From positions 160,001 to 224,000 of the forward strand of contig CBDDCA010000005.1 in assembly GCA_965226055.1 (NCBI GenBank): DNA of 64,000 nt. The letters are read 5' to 3'. Source of the stretch: Spirochaetia bacterium (lineage in GTDB: Bacteria; Spirochaetota; Spirochaetia; WTKD01; G963693115). Position numbers and translations under genes: made by a program. The notes beneath the pieces are model-generated. The model was given only the letters and a program-made list of their open reading frames with translations. It did no database searches and was not told the origin of the DNA. Numbering within the stretch: the first letter of the stretch is position 1; the number at the start of each line of letters is the position of its first letter. Shown here piece by piece: positions 10,799 to 21,892 of the stretch.

Positions 10799-11176
10799 CT
10801 ATTTTTTACTACTGTCTTGCTTGTTATTGGATGGCAACATTTTACAAGTACCATTAAAAATGCCTCCCGATTCAATTTGTAAGAAAGCAACTGTTATTTC
10901 CCCTTTTATTTCACCACCACGCGAAAGATATAACATGTCTTTCGCCTTAAATTTTCCTTCTGTTTTTCCTAAGATAATAAGAATGTCTGCTTCTACATCT
11001 TTGGTAACACTTGCATGATTTGCAATCAATAGAGTGGTAACTTTTATCTTTGAATCTGTAATAACACCTTTGACAAACAGAGATTCATCTGCCTCTATTT
11101 CTCCAGAAAATTCAACATCTTCGCCTAAAACAGTAGCATACTCGCTTTCTTCACGATGCATATTTAATAATGACAT
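10799..11176 (-). CDS. Bactofilin / polymer-forming cytoskeletal protein
   Basis: TVLGEDVEFSGEI...IESGGIFNGTCKM; likely start ATG 11176 (ORF track starts 11212). Confidence 0.9.
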   Translation of the reverse strand: MSLLNMHREESEYATVLGEDVEFSGEIEADESLFVKGVITDSKIKVTTLLIANHASVTKDVEADILIILGKTEGKFKAKDMLYLSRGGEIKGEITVAFLQIESGGIFNGTCKMLPSNNKQDSSKK

Positions 11177-11333
11177 ATGTTTTATTATAGTATAGTTTGC
11201 TCTCTCCAGCAATGCTATTGATGGAAATTCTAATCAGAAGCCGAACAATACAAGAAAAATAAAAAAAAGAACAAATGAGGAAATTTTTTTATGAATATAC
11301 AAAAAAAGCAGAAAAAGTCTTTATTTTTTTCCT

Positions 11334-11834
11334 TTACTGAAGATTTTGAGAAATTCGCTTTTTCCAATTATTATCAGCCTGAGTAATGTAGACATCTTTC
11401 TTTTTTTCCCATTTTCGTTTTACACTAGTACTAAAATTTAAGTATAGTTTTCCTTTATAAACAGTCCATGCTTTCACATCAATAGGAGCTAAATAATCTT
11501 GAGCCATTGCATATGCACAGTAGCCACCGTATTGTGGAACATACTTACTTGGATCTTCCATAAATAACTCTAGGTGTTGCTGAGAACTAAAATACCATGT
11601 CGCTCCTATATATTCACTTTGATATGCTTTTTTTCCTTTTACTGCTTTTTTTTGCGTGAAATATGCAACTGTATCATATCCTTTTATTGCAACAGAGGAT
11701 GCATTTGTAAACACTGGAGGATACTGTTCTTCATTAGCGATACGCTGTACTCCAGCATCAACATGTTCAGAATAGAGAGGTACTATATAAAAAATACTTA
11801 TTATTAATAACAACACTATATATCTATATTTCAT
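11334..11834 (-). CDS. Secreted YHS domain protein (Cys form)
   Basis: AIKGYDTVAYF, P.KY.PQYGGYCAY, GKLYLN motifs; signal peptide. Confidence 0.88.
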   Translation of the reverse strand: MKYRYIVLLLIISIFYIVPLYSEHVDAGVQRIANEEQYPPVFTNASSVAIKGYDTVAYFTQKKAVKGKKAYQSEYIGATWYFSSQQHLELFMEDPSKYVPQYGGYCAYAMAQDYLAPIDVKAWTVYKGKLYLNFSTSVKRKWEKKKDVYITQADNNWKKRISQNLQ

Positions 11835-11902
11835 TTACTTTCTCCTTTTCATATTTTATATACTATACTACATTTAGAAATAATATGTTTGTACTCATTG
11901 TA

Positions 11903-14110
11903 TCAGTTATCGTATCCCGGTAAAATATAGCCTCCTATATCTTGACCACTACTATTATAAAAATAGCCCGTCAAAATAATAGGAACATATTGTTTAGCAT
12001 TATCGCTACGATATTTACTAGTAAACTCAAGAGTATATTCCCCTACATCAGGAGTAAATATATCATCAATAATTGATGTTTCTGCTCCTTGTAAAATAAA
12101 GGGGTATCGGTAGCTTTTCCCTTTTGTGCGTTCTACCATAGAAGCAAAATAGGTCATAGAAGAAGTAGTAGGCGATGGGGATGCTGTTTCATTTTCTCCT
12201 TGAATAATATTTGGGTTTACCCAAAATAACGAGATATTATTAATAACCAACGCTTTTTCTAAATTTTCCCATACCTCTCTATCATGTAATTCATTCATAC
12301 TTCCAACATATATAATCACTTTATTTCCTTGCTTTAATAATAGCATATTTAAGGCAGTATGCAATGCTTGATATATATTTTTATTTGAAACACTATCAGT
12401 ATCTACTGCTTCAGTAAACTCTTCTACTTTGCTTGCTAATATAGTATTTTCAATGGCTACATAAGGAATAGATTCAGTAGGCTGTACAAGACTAAATATA
12501 ACATTGTTATTATCAGCTTTCGCATTTGCATTTTCACTAATAATAGCAACACTATCTTTTAAGCGTCTTTCTTGTACTGGATCAGATGCATCATTCAGTA
12601 GCCCTGTGACAATAACTATATTAGTAGTTCTTTCTTTTACGGTATTTTCCTGCATATTAAAAGCTAGCACAGGGCTATTTGCTTCTGTAAGAGCTATAGA
12701 AGAAGCAGTGAGACCAGTAATAGATTTATTTGAAGCATTTTTTATAGAAAATACAATACGTATAGTAGGATAATTATTTGTATACACAGAAAGCATATTT
12801 ATATGTAACCCCGTATAAAAATTTGAAATATTTGTAAATATATCTAACTTATTTCTTCCTTGATCGGCAACCCATAATAATCCATTCTTATCTATTGTAG
12901 CACTTATCAATTTAGAAAATTCTGAGTCTTCAAGACGCTCTACTATTTTTCTTTGTTTACTATCAAACTTTATCAGAGAATTTGTTAATGTAAGCATAAG
13001 AGTATCATTGTTAAGAGTTTGTATACTTTCAATGTTTGTATCTGCGGAAATACGTCCTTCAAAAGAAACAGTGCTTACATAATTACCGCTTATATCAAAT
13101 TCAACAAGCGAAGAAGCTGCATCTCCATTACTAGCAACCCACAGTTGATTTCCCTGAACAACAATACCAGTAGGGTTTTCAAGGCCAGAAAAAGAATCAA
13201 TGGGTCGTCCAAAGCGCTGTACTAACATGCCTTCTGGTGAAAATTTAGCTATTTCTGCAGTTCCATATACACTGATAAAAACATTATCAAATATGTCTTT
13301 TGTCATAAACTGTGGACCAATCAGTACATTTTTAGTGATAGCTTCTCCGTTTTGCTCATCATTATGCTGTATAAAAGAGCCTGTATAACTCCCTTCGGTA
13401 TTAAATGCAGATATAGAGTTAGATCCAAACTCTGAAACAATAATAGTACCATTACTGAGCTGTTCTATATCCATAGGTAACTTAAAAGAATCAATATTCT
13501 TTGACAAAAACCGTGATATAACTCCAGTAGGATTAATCAATGCCACAACATTAGATTTGAGTATTGTCAAACCTAATGTGCCATTATCCAATGCCTTAAG
13601 TGTCATTGGTAATAATAACTGCCTGTCAGAAAGGTTTATACTACTTGCTCTACTCAGTCGTGATAATTGTATTGTTGAGACTTGATTTTTTTGAGATTGT
13701 AAAATTTCCAACTTATTTCTTAAGTACGACTGAAAAAACTCTTGAGTAATAAGTTCTCGCCATAACACTTCTGCAATATCTTCGTTCCCATAGGCATAAT
13801 TGGCTTTTGCAAGCCAAAATTTATACATACTTACCGTAGTAGCATCATTATCAGATTGCTCAGTAGCATCATTTTGTGTAAATAAAAGTACTGCATTTCT
13901 AAATGCCAACAACGCCTGTGCAAAATTACCTGCATTATAGAGGTTTACTCCTTGAAAAAATTCGAAACGAGCCTCAGATTGAGCAAAAAACGCATTTAAT
14001 TGATCAGCATTAAATGCTTCTGCAGTCTCGTCTAAAAAAAGAGTATCTTGCTGTGCAAAAATAACGCAAGGAACTATATATAATATCAATACCAGTAGAA
14101 TTTTATACAT
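11903..14110 (-). CDS. Periplasmic TPR + NHL-repeat + vWA-like protein
   Basis: Signal peptide; N-terminal TPR; NHL repeats (PMDI..IIVSEFGSN, PTGIVV, LWVADQG); C-terminal Rossmann-like part. Confidence 0.7.
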   Translation of the reverse strand: MYKILLVLILYIVPCVIFAQQDTLFLDETAEAFNADQLNAFFAQSEARFEFFQGVNLYNAGNFAQALLAFRNAVLLFTQNDATEQSDNDATTVSMYKFWLAKANYAYGNEDIAEVLWRELITQEFFQSYLRNKLEILQSQKNQVSTIQLSRLSRASSINLSDRQLLLPMTLKALDNGTLGLTILKSNVVALINPTGVISRFLSKNIDSFKLPMDIEQLSNGTIIVSEFGSNSISAFNTEGSYTGSFIQHNDEQNGEAITKNVLIGPQFMTKDIFDNVFISVYGTAEIAKFSPEGMLVQRFGRPIDSFSGLENPTGIVVQGNQLWVASNGDAASSLVEFDISGNYVSTVSFEGRISADTNIESIQTLNNDTLMLTLTNSLIKFDSKQRKIVERLEDSEFSKLISATIDKNGLLWVADQGRNKLDIFTNISNFYTGLHINMLSVYTNNYPTIRIVFSIKNASNKSITGLTASSIALTEANSPVLAFNMQENTVKERTTNIVIVTGLLNDASDPVQERRLKDSVAIISENANAKADNNNVIFSLVQPTESIPYVAIENTILASKVEEFTEAVDTDSVSNKNIYQALHTALNMLLLKQGNKVIIYVGSMNELHDREVWENLEKALVINNISLFWVNPNIIQGENETASPSPTTSSMTYFASMVERTKGKSYRYPFILQGAETSIIDDIFTPDVGEYTLEFTSKYRSDNAKQYVPIILTGYFYNSSGQDIGGYILPGYDN

Positions 14111-14121
14111 ACAATAGCTTA

Positions 14122-14790
14122 CTATCTCCTTCCTTGTATAGCAATATTGATATGTTCAAGAATAAGCGGATCTTGAGTCATTTTATATGCATGTTCTAGC
14201 ACTTTTCTTGCATCTTTAAATTTTCCTAATCGACATAATATCAATCCATATGTATCCAAATATGCAGGATTACTAGGCTGTTTAGATATAGCCCGTTGTA
14301 TAAAAGAAAGAGCTACATCTAATTTTACATTATTCTCTGCAAGAATATAGCTCATAGAATTTAAGGCGGTAGTGTTTGAAGAATCTAAATTAAGAGATTT
14401 TTGAATGAAATGCACTGCTTGATTTGTCTTTCCTTGAACATATACAACATGCCCTACCGCAGCATATACTCTTGTAGATTCATATCCCATATTGATTAAA
14501 TCTAAAAACTCAAGCTCTGCCTGACGCAATTTTTTCATTACAGTATAAATATATCCTTTAATCATTTTACACTGATAGGTATAAATAAATCCTAACCTTG
14601 AAGAAAGTACAAAATCAAAAAAATCTAATGCTTTTTTATAAGATTTGAGGTTAGCGTAACAAATTGCCTTATAATAATGAATTTTAGTAGCATTTGTCTT
14701 AATATCATCCTGATTTGCGTGTTTCATGTACTCCAAAGCATTCTCATATAATTTTTTTTGCATGAGTACTCTTACATACACTAAATTCAT
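14122..14790 (-). CDS. Tetratricopeptide repeat protein
   Basis: ALNSMSYILAE, P.NPAYLDTYG TPR motifs. Confidence 0.85.
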   Translation of the reverse strand: MNLVYVRVLMQKKLYENALEYMKHANQDDIKTNATKIHYYKAICYANLKSYKKALDFFDFVLSSRLGFIYTYQCKMIKGYIYTVMKKLRQAELEFLDLINMGYESTRVYAAVGHVVYVQGKTNQAVHFIQKSLNLDSSNTTALNSMSYILAENNVKLDVALSFIQRAISKQPSNPAYLDTYGLILCRLGKFKDARKVLEHAYKMTQDPLILEHINIAIQGRR

Positions 14791-14804
14791 ATGCCCCTCA
14801 AAAT

Positions 14805-15569
14805 TTATTTTATCTTATCTCTGTGTATACTACTTTTAATACTATGAGAAGAAACAGATACAATAGTCATTACACTGTAGCCTTGTGTTGTATAAAACCA
14901 ATCAGTACCTGTTGGAATATCACTATCGTCTATCTTAAAATCTCTGTGTACAATATATTCTTTTGGAAATGTATGTTCATCATGAGATACAGCTTTTAAC
15001 TGAAAATTATTACTATATTTTCTTTTCGATAGTTCTGCTTCTCGTAAATGCAAGGATACAGGCAATGGAATATTCACATTTACATAGGCATTGGTATGTG
15101 TTTCTGCAATATCCACGAGTTTTATCAGCCATGTACTAAGAAAATTATGCCATTGTTCCATATCAATAGTATTGACCTTGTAAGAATCATCAAGTATAGA
15201 CAGTGCAATAGCAGGAATACCTGCAACTGCTGCTTCACGAGCTGCCGCAACAGTACCAGAATACACAATGTCATCTCCAAGGTTTGAGCCTATGTTTGGA
15301 CCAGAAATTACAAGATCAAAACTCTCTTGTAAGTGTAATGCCATTTTCACACAGTCAACAGGATACCCTTCAAGTGAATAAAAATTTTCATGCATTTCAC
15401 GTAAATACACAGAAGAATCAAAAGATAATGCTGAAGAAATAGCACTTTTATTACCATGAGGTGCTATTACGGTAATAACGCTATGAGGAAAAATAGACGG
15501 AAGAAACCGATACAAATCATTGAGTAAAAAACTTGTATAACCGTCATCGTTCGTTAGTAGTATTCTCAA
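14805..15569 (-). CDS. surE: 5'/3'-nucleotidase SurE
   Basis: MRILLTNDDG, G.P.DCV, SGPN.G.N, YSGTVAAA.EA. Confidence 0.96.
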   Translation of the reverse strand: MRILLTNDDGYTSFLLNDLYRFLPSIFPHSVITVIAPHGNKSAISSALSFDSSVYLREMHENFYSLEGYPVDCVKMALHLQESFDLVISGPNIGSNLGDDIVYSGTVAAAREAAVAGIPAIALSILDDSYKVNTIDMEQWHNFLSTWLIKLVDIAETHTNAYVNVNIPLPVSLHLREAELSKRKYSNNFQLKAVSHDEHTFPKEYIVHRDFKIDDSDIPTGTDWFYTTQGYSVMTIVSVSSHSIKSSIHRDKIK

Positions 15570-15653
15570 GTATGTCCCCCCACTTTTATTATATCATATA
15601 TGATTTTCTTTGTTTCATAATAATGTAAAAATTTCATTGCTTATTCTAGTATA

Positions 15654-17414
15654 ATGAATGGTATAATGATATCGTTTAAATATTATGGTTTACTCCTTTT
15701 ACTGGGACTTTGTTCGGCTCTTTTATTATTTTTAAGTTTGCCTAATTTTTTTGTTTTATATGGAATACCCTATATAGGGTTTATTTGCATTGTTCCATTA
15801 CTTATTGCTCTTTTCTTCAGCCCAAGCATTCGGAGTGCATTTTTTATTGTAACAATATGGACAGTAGTATATGTTACTGCCATTTTCTTTTGGTTACTTA
15901 ATTTTCAAGAAATGGCACTCCTTGCTTACTTAGGGGTACTCATTGGCTCTATTCTACTCTATGCAAATGTTATTACAAGCATAAAATGTATTATGAATAG
16001 CTTTACTGCTGTGTATCGACCATTTCTTATTGCTATTTTCTGGGTAGGCTATGAATATATGCGGTCTCGTGGGTATCTTGCTTTTCCTTGGGCATTATTA
16101 TCACAGGCAAGTTATCATATTGACCCTTTTGTACAAATAGCCAGTATTGGTGGTGATTGGCTTGTCAGCTTTATGGTAGCATATACAAATGCAGTATTGT
16201 TTGAAGTAATACTGTACATGCTACGAAATGATAATAAAGCAATAGCATTACAACACAGTAACACACTGTTACCTATGTATCAAAAACCATTACGTTATCA
16301 TATTACACTGCTCCACAAAAAAAACTACAGAGCTAATTATAGAACAACACCACATCCTATGTACTTCCATGTATGCTTTTTAGGCATCTTATTTACTCTT
16401 AGCTTTATATATGGCGTGCATTCATTACAACAACAAAAGTATATGGACACAGACAAAAAAATATCCACTTTAGGGTTACAGCAAAACACTGATAGTTGGA
16501 ATACAGACGATAAAATTGCAGCACTAAAAACTCTTATTGACACAACTCAAACAGCACTCAATACCCTTGACAAAACACCAGATATACTATTTTGGAGCGA
16601 AACAAGCCTCTTTTACTCATATCAACCAAAAGAGTTACCAGACAGTAGGTATTTTTATGAATCAAATCCCCCACATTTTCCTTTTACTCGTTTTTTACAG
16701 ACTAACAATATTCCTCTTGTTACTGGCATTCCAGTTCAAAAAAAAGAAAATGATACTAAACAATTTTTCAATAGTGCTATCGTATTATCTCCATCAGGAG
16801 AAGTGCTTGATTCATATGCAAAAAATCAATTAGTGCCATTTGCAGAACATATACCAGCAAGTGATAATCCTATAGTAAGAAGTATACTTACAGCTTTAGG
16901 AATACAGTCTCTGTGGACACCAGGGCGTTCTGTACATACCGTGAGTGTCCCTATTCAAAATAACACCACTAACAAAGAAAGTACCATTACCTTAGGAATA
17001 GCGATATGTTTTGAAGATGCGTTCTCATTTATAACACGAACACATGCAAATCTTGGTGCAGAACTATTAGTAAATCTTTCCAATGTAAGCTGGTCAAAAA
17101 CAAAAAGTGCTCAAGTACAACAGCTTATTGCATCAAAATTTCGTAGTATTGAGACAGGTCTCCCTATGATTCGAGTAACAAACAGTGGAGTAAACGCAAT
17201 CATCAATCCATGGGGACAAGTAGTACAACAAACTCCCATGTTTGAAACTAATACGATGTTTTCTGAAATTCCGCTTATTTCTATTCCTACCCTCTATCGT
17301 ACGATAGGAGATTCTTTTGCTATACTATGCCTTATTGGGTTTATCATAATCATATTATTATGCATCATCAATTATAAGAAACACATAGCTCTCAATGAAA
17401 GAAAGAGCATATGA
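15654..17414 (+). CDS. lnt: Apolipoprotein N-acyltransferase
   Basis: N-terminal TM segments, G..FPW, WSE, K..LVPFAE, ICFED (E-K-C triad), N.G motif. Confidence 0.95.
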   Translation: MNGIMISFKYYGLLLLLGLCSALLLFLSLPNFFVLYGIPYIGFICIVPLLIALFFSPSIRSAFFIVTIWTVVYVTAIFFWLLNFQEMALLAYLGVLIGSILLYANVITSIKCIMNSFTAVYRPFLIAIFWVGYEYMRSRGYLAFPWALLSQASYHIDPFVQIASIGGDWLVSFMVAYTNAVLFEVILYMLRNDNKAIALQHSNTLLPMYQKPLRYHITLLHKKNYRANYRTTPHPMYFHVCFLGILFTLSFIYGVHSLQQQKYMDTDKKISTLGLQQNTDSWNTDDKIAALKTLIDTTQTALNTLDKTPDILFWSETSLFYSYQPKELPDSRYFYESNPPHFPFTRFLQTNNIPLVTGIPVQKKENDTKQFFNSAIVLSPSGEVLDSYAKNQLVPFAEHIPASDNPIVRSILTALGIQSLWTPGRSVHTVSVPIQNNTTNKESTITLGIAICFEDAFSFITRTHANLGAELLVNLSNVSWSKTKSAQVQQLIASKFRSIETGLPMIRVTNSGVNAIINPWGQVVQQTPMFETNTMFSEIPLISIPTLYRTIGDSFAILCLIGFIIIILLCIINYKKHIALNERKSI

Positions 17415-17474
17415 CACAAAACAGCTGATACAATGTGACAAAGCACAAATAGTAGAAATGATAAAATAGCCTTA

Positions 17475-17720
17475 TCAGTCTTTTATATTAAAACGCTTTC
17501 TAAATCTATCTATTCTTCCGCCAGTATCAATAAGTTTTTGCTGACCTGTATAAAAAGGATGAGAAGAGCTAGAAATTTCTAATTCAACAAGTGGATATTC
17601 TGTCCCTTCTACTGCCTCAGTTTTTTTGCTTTGTAATGTTGAGTGTATCTTAAATGTCTCTCCAGTTGACATATCTTTAAAAAGCACCTCTTGGTACTTT
17701 GGGTGTATATCTTTTTTCAT
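17475..17720 (-). CDS. rpmE: 50S ribosomal protein L31 type B (Cys-free)
   Basis: MKKDIHPKY, EISSSSHPFYTG, GRIDRF; AGGAGG RBS. Confidence 0.97.
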   Translation of the reverse strand: MKKDIHPKYQEVLFKDMSTGETFKIHSTLQSKKTEAVEGTEYPLVELEISSSSHPFYTGQQKLIDTGGRIDRFRKRFNIKD

Positions 17721-17789
17721 ATTCCTCCTTCATAGATTATACCTACTTTCTCTTTATTGTATCATACTATACATTATTGACTATGCACA

Positions 17790-19328
17790 TTATTGACTAT
17801 TCATAGATAAGAGAAAATCTTTATTATTCTTTGATTTAGACATTCTATCTACCAATAGCTCAGTTACTTCTAAATCATCCATGTTATTTATTACTTTACG
17901 TAAAACCCACATTTTTTGCAACTCACCCTCAGTGAGTAAAAGATCTTCCCTTCTTGTTCCAGAACGCTTACAGTTTATAGCGGGGTACACCCTTCTTTCT
18001 GATAGCTTTCTATCAAGGTTAATTTCCATATTTCCTGTTCCCTTAAATTCTTCAAAAATAACTTCATCCATCCTACTTCCTGTTTCTATCAAAGCGGTAG
18101 CCACTATAGTAAGGCTTCCTCCATCCTCAATGTTCCGAGCTGCACCAAAAAAACGTTTTGGCTTATGCAAAGCATTAGAGTCAACCCCTCCCGAAAGAAC
18201 TTTGCCTGATGCAGGAATAGTTTGATTATATGCGCGAGCAAGACGTGTAATAGAATCTAAAAGTATTACAACATCTCTCTTATGCTCAATCAATCTTTTT
18301 GCTTTTTCAATTACCATTTCTGCTACCTGCACATGACGTGTAGCTTGTTCATCAAACGTTGAGGATATCACTTCCGCTTTTACATTTCTTTGCATATCAG
18401 TCACTTCTTCAGGACGTTCATCTATAAGAAGTACAATAAGATATACCTCTGGATGATTTGCGGTTATTGCATTTGCAATTTTCTGTAATAAAATTGTCTT
18501 TCCAGTACGAGGAGGAGCTACAACAAGCCCTCTTTGTCCTTTTCCTATAGGACAGAATAAATTTATAATTCTTGTAGCAATTTCATTATTAGATTCTGTT
18601 TCAAGCTCTAAACGAGTATCAGGATAAAGAGGAGTAAGATGATCAAATGGAATACGTGTAATAGCATTATTTCGATTATCAAAATTTATGCTTTCTATTT
18701 TATTCAAGGCAAAAAACCGTTCTCCTTCTTTCGGCAAACGAATAATCCCTTCAACAGTATCACCAGTTTTAAGATTCATTTTTCGAATATGAGCAGGAGA
18801 AACATATATATCTCCAGGACCCGGTAAATACGAATTATGAGATGAACGCAAAAAGCCATATGAATCAGACATAATTTCTAGGGTCCCTCGTGCATGTGCA
18901 ACAATACCTCCTTGAATAAATATATTTAATATCTTAAAAATAAGCTCTTGTTTTTTTAATGCTGAAATACTCTCGTAATCTAAGCCAATTTTTAAGGCAA
19001 GATCACGTAAATCAAGAATTGATTTCTCTGTTAACTCATCATGGTATACATCAGTTGTATCATTAAATTCGCTTGGCATTTTTATTGCTGATGTTTCTTG
19101 TTCAATACGTTGCTGTTGTAACCCAACTTCTTCCTGTGCTTGTTTGTTTCCTAAATGATCATGTTTTTTCTTTTTATTTCTTATATTTTTTCGTACGGGT
19201 TCTTTTTTAATTTTCTTATCAGATCGTAGCCTTACTTCTATTCTTTTACTCTCATGTCCTTTAGCTTCATTACTTAGCTCATTTTGAGTTATTTTCTGAG
19301 TACTATCTTCTTCTTTGTTTTCTTCCAT
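17790..19328 (-). CDS. rho: Transcription termination factor Rho with charged N-terminal extension
   Basis: [44 protein letters not shown]. Confidence 0.99.
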   Translation of the reverse strand: MEENKEEDSTQKITQNELSNEAKGHESKRIEVRLRSDKKIKKEPVRKNIRNKKKKHDHLGNKQAQEEVGLQQQRIEQETSAIKMPSEFNDTTDVYHDELTEKSILDLRDLALKIGLDYESISALKKQELIFKILNIFIQGGIVAHARGTLEIMSDSYGFLRSSHNSYLPGPGDIYVSPAHIRKMNLKTGDTVEGIIRLPKEGERFFALNKIESINFDNRNNAITRIPFDHLTPLYPDTRLELETESNNEIATRIINLFCPIGKGQRGLVVAPPRTGKTILLQKIANAITANHPEVYLIVLLIDERPEEVTDMQRNVKAEVISSTFDEQATRHVQVAEMVIEKAKRLIEHKRDVVILLDSITRLARAYNQTIPASGKVLSGGVDSNALHKPKRFFGAARNIEDGGSLTIVATALIETGSRMDEVIFEEFKGTGNMEINLDRKLSERRVYPAINCKRSGTRREDLLLTEGELQKMWVLRKVINNMDDLEVTELLVDRMSKSKNNKDFLLSMNSQ

Positions 19329-19616
19329 TTTATCTCCATCTTTATTTATATAAGTTTAATTATTAACTTTCATAACTTTTAAAAAAATACTGCATTTCTT
19401 TCTTATAGAATTCCTTCACACTATTCTATAAATACAAATAAAATCTATAGTAATGATAAACCATTTTATGATTACCTTACCATAGGCATAAAAACCTCTA
19501 GTATACTACTTATTAGGAAGATATTGCCATCTACAAATATACATTGCTTATAATTTTATTATGAATATGCCATATAGATATCCCAATATACTTTAAGAAA
19601 ATTCAGCACTCTCTTA

Positions 19617-19644
19617 AGTATAATACATTATATAATTTTGTCAA
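19617..19644 (-). promoter_or_regulatory. Putative rho promoter
   Basis: TTGACA (19644-19639), 16 bp, TATACT (19622-19617). Confidence 0.55.
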
Positions 19645-19671
19645 TACTTAATTTCCAAATCTACGTCCTGC

Positions 19672-19701
19672 TTGACACATTCCTACTAATTCTAGTATTA
19701 T
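19672..19701 (+). promoter_or_regulatory. Putative tRNA-fMet promoter
   Basis: TTGACA (19672-19677), 18 bp, TATTAT (19696-19701), just upstream of the tRNA. Confidence 0.6.
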
Positions 19702-19712
19702 TATAGTAATAT

Positions 19713-19785
<73 letters not shown>

Positions 19786-19804
19786 AATAAAAAACCTGTA
19801 TCAT

Positions 19805-20551
19805 ATGGATATCTCTGCACTTGTATCTTCCTTACAATCTCTTCCTCCTATTGTAATATCGCTTTTAACATTTGCTATTGCATATACATGTCTCTCTCTT
19901 TTTGCATTCTTTTTCGGAAAATCTGGACTATACTGTTATATGGTTATTGCCCTCATCATGGCAAATATACAGGTACTAAAAGTAAGTCAATTTTCATTTT
20001 TTAGTAGCCCAGTTGCATTAGGAACCGAGTTATTTGCAAGCACCTATCTTGCTACAGATATTTTAGCTGAAGTATACGGAAAAAAATCTGCCAAAAAAGC
20101 AGTTATGATTGGTTTTTTTGCATTGATAGTATGGACACTTTTTTCAATACTCACTCTATCGTTTAGACCTATCCCTGATGATACTATGCAAAATACCTTA
20201 AATACAATATTTTTACCTTTTCCTCGTTTTTTGATTGCAAGCATGGTAGCCTATCTCATTAGCCAAACATTTGATGTATATATATTTTCTTATCTAAAAA
20301 ATACACATAACAGTAAATACCTTTGGTTACGCAACAATCTTTCTACAATACTTTCTTCACTTATTGATAATATAGTATTTAGCGTTATTGCATTTGTGAT
20401 ATTAAATCCAGAGCCCATAAAACTACCAATACTTATTATGACATATATATTAGGAACTTATTTATTTCGACTTTTTGCAGCACTACTTGACACTCCAGTG
20501 GTATACTTTGTAAGTAAGTCACTAAAAAATAAAACAAAGCATATTATATAA
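19805..20551 (+). CDS. yhhQ: Queuosine precursor transporter (YhhQ/QPTR, Vut_1)
   Basis: L.TDIL.E.YG, R...AS..AYL.SQ..DV.IF, LWLRNN.ST..S..ID motifs; adjacent to tgt. Confidence 0.93.
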   Translation: MDISALVSSLQSLPPIVISLLTFAIAYTCLSLFAFFFGKSGLYCYMVIALIMANIQVLKVSQFSFFSSPVALGTELFASTYLATDILAEVYGKKSAKKAVMIGFFALIVWTLFSILTLSFRPIPDDTMQNTLNTIFLPFPRFLIASMVAYLISQTFDVYIFSYLKNTHNSKYLWLRNNLSTILSSLIDNIVFSVIAFVILNPEPIKLPILIMTYILGTYLFRLFAALLDTPVVYFVSKSLKNKTKHII

Positions 20552-20568
20552 TAAACACTGTAAAGTCA

Positions 20569-21783
20569 ATGAGCATTAACCTGCACTCTTTGTATCCATA
20601 TTTTTCTTTTGATTATAATACTATTTTTTCAAAAGCTCGGCTAGGAACACTAAATACCCCACATGGAACTGTGCATACTCCTAACTTTATATTCTGTGCT
20701 ACAAAAGCGAGTATAAAAGCAATACCTTCCTATACTATGCAAGAGCTTGGTGCAGAAATTATACTTGCTAATACCTACCATCTTATGCTACAGCCTGGCT
20801 CAGAACTCATTGCACAACAAAATGGCATTCATTCCTTTATGGGATGGCAAAAACCAATGCTAAGCGACTCAGGAGGGTATCAAGTTTTTTCTATGGGATA
20901 CGGTTCAGTATCATCTGAAATTAAAAAAAGTGCTAATAGGAGCTTTCCAAAAAGTATCCTTTCTATCAATGAAGATGGAGTATATTTTAAGTCTTATATA
21001 GATGGTGCTACTATATTCCTTAGCCCCGAACAATCTATTAAAACACAAAGAGAAATAGGCTGTGATATTATACTGCAGTTTGATGAGTGTACTCCTTACC
21101 ATGTTGATAAGGAATATACTCAACAATCTATGGAGCTATCATTACGCTGGGGAAAACGTAGCCTTGTAAATTTCATGCAACACAGCACAGAAACTCAGGC
21201 TCTCTATGGTATTATCCAAGGCGGTATATATCAAGATTTACGAAAAAAAAGTGCAGAATCAACAATGGAACAGAATTTTTTTGGCACAGCTATTGGCGGG
21301 AGCTTAGGAAAAAATAATCAAGAAATGCAAGACATAGTTGCACTTACAACACAGTATTTACATCCCTCTCGCCCTGTACACCTTTTAGGGATTGGTGATC
21401 TAAAAAGTATCTTTTGGGGAGTGCGACATGGAATTGACACATTTGATTGTGTTCATCCCACTCGTATTGCAAGACACGCAATAGCGTTAATACCAATAAA
21501 TAACGAAGGTAAGACACAGCTTAATCTTCGTAATAGTAAGCATAAGCAAGAATCAGAAGCCATAGATTCACATTGTCCTCACCCTTGCTGTACCCAATAC
21601 TCAAGAGCGTACATACACCATCTGTTTAAGGCAAAAGAGCTATTAGCAATGCAATTACTCTCTATGCATAATATAGGGTTTATGGTAAGAGTATTACAGT
21701 CAATACGAGATGCCTTAGCTAACAACACCCCTGAACAAGCATATAATGATACCGAAAAATATTGGATAGGAAATTCACAATAA
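20569..21783 (+). CDS. tgt: tRNA-guanine(34) transglycosylase, queuine-salvage type signature
   Basis: TPHG..TP.F, NTYHL, DSGGYQ, FDEC, IIQGG, HLLG.G, FDCV.PTR, Zn site C.H.CC...H. Confidence 0.97.
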   Translation: MSINLHSLYPYFSFDYNTIFSKARLGTLNTPHGTVHTPNFIFCATKASIKAIPSYTMQELGAEIILANTYHLMLQPGSELIAQQNGIHSFMGWQKPMLSDSGGYQVFSMGYGSVSSEIKKSANRSFPKSILSINEDGVYFKSYIDGATIFLSPEQSIKTQREIGCDIILQFDECTPYHVDKEYTQQSMELSLRWGKRSLVNFMQHSTETQALYGIIQGGIYQDLRKKSAESTMEQNFFGTAIGGSLGKNNQEMQDIVALTTQYLHPSRPVHLLGIGDLKSIFWGVRHGIDTFDCVHPTRIARHAIALIPINNEGKTQLNLRNSKHKQESEAIDSHCPHPCCTQYSRAYIHHLFKAKELLAMQLLSMHNIGFMVRVLQSIRDALANNTPEQAYNDTEKYWIGNSQ

Positions 21784-21892
21784 AAATAAAGGAAACTCTA
21801 ATTACTAACCGAACAATAGTTATACAAGGACTTATAAGTGAAAGAGTAAAAAAATACATATATCTCTCCTCTCTTATATGTAATACACTATT

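Noticed and set aside
11334-11834. Selenoprotein version of the YHS protein
   Set aside because: The GGYCAY site is a normal Cys codon and there is no in-frame TGA
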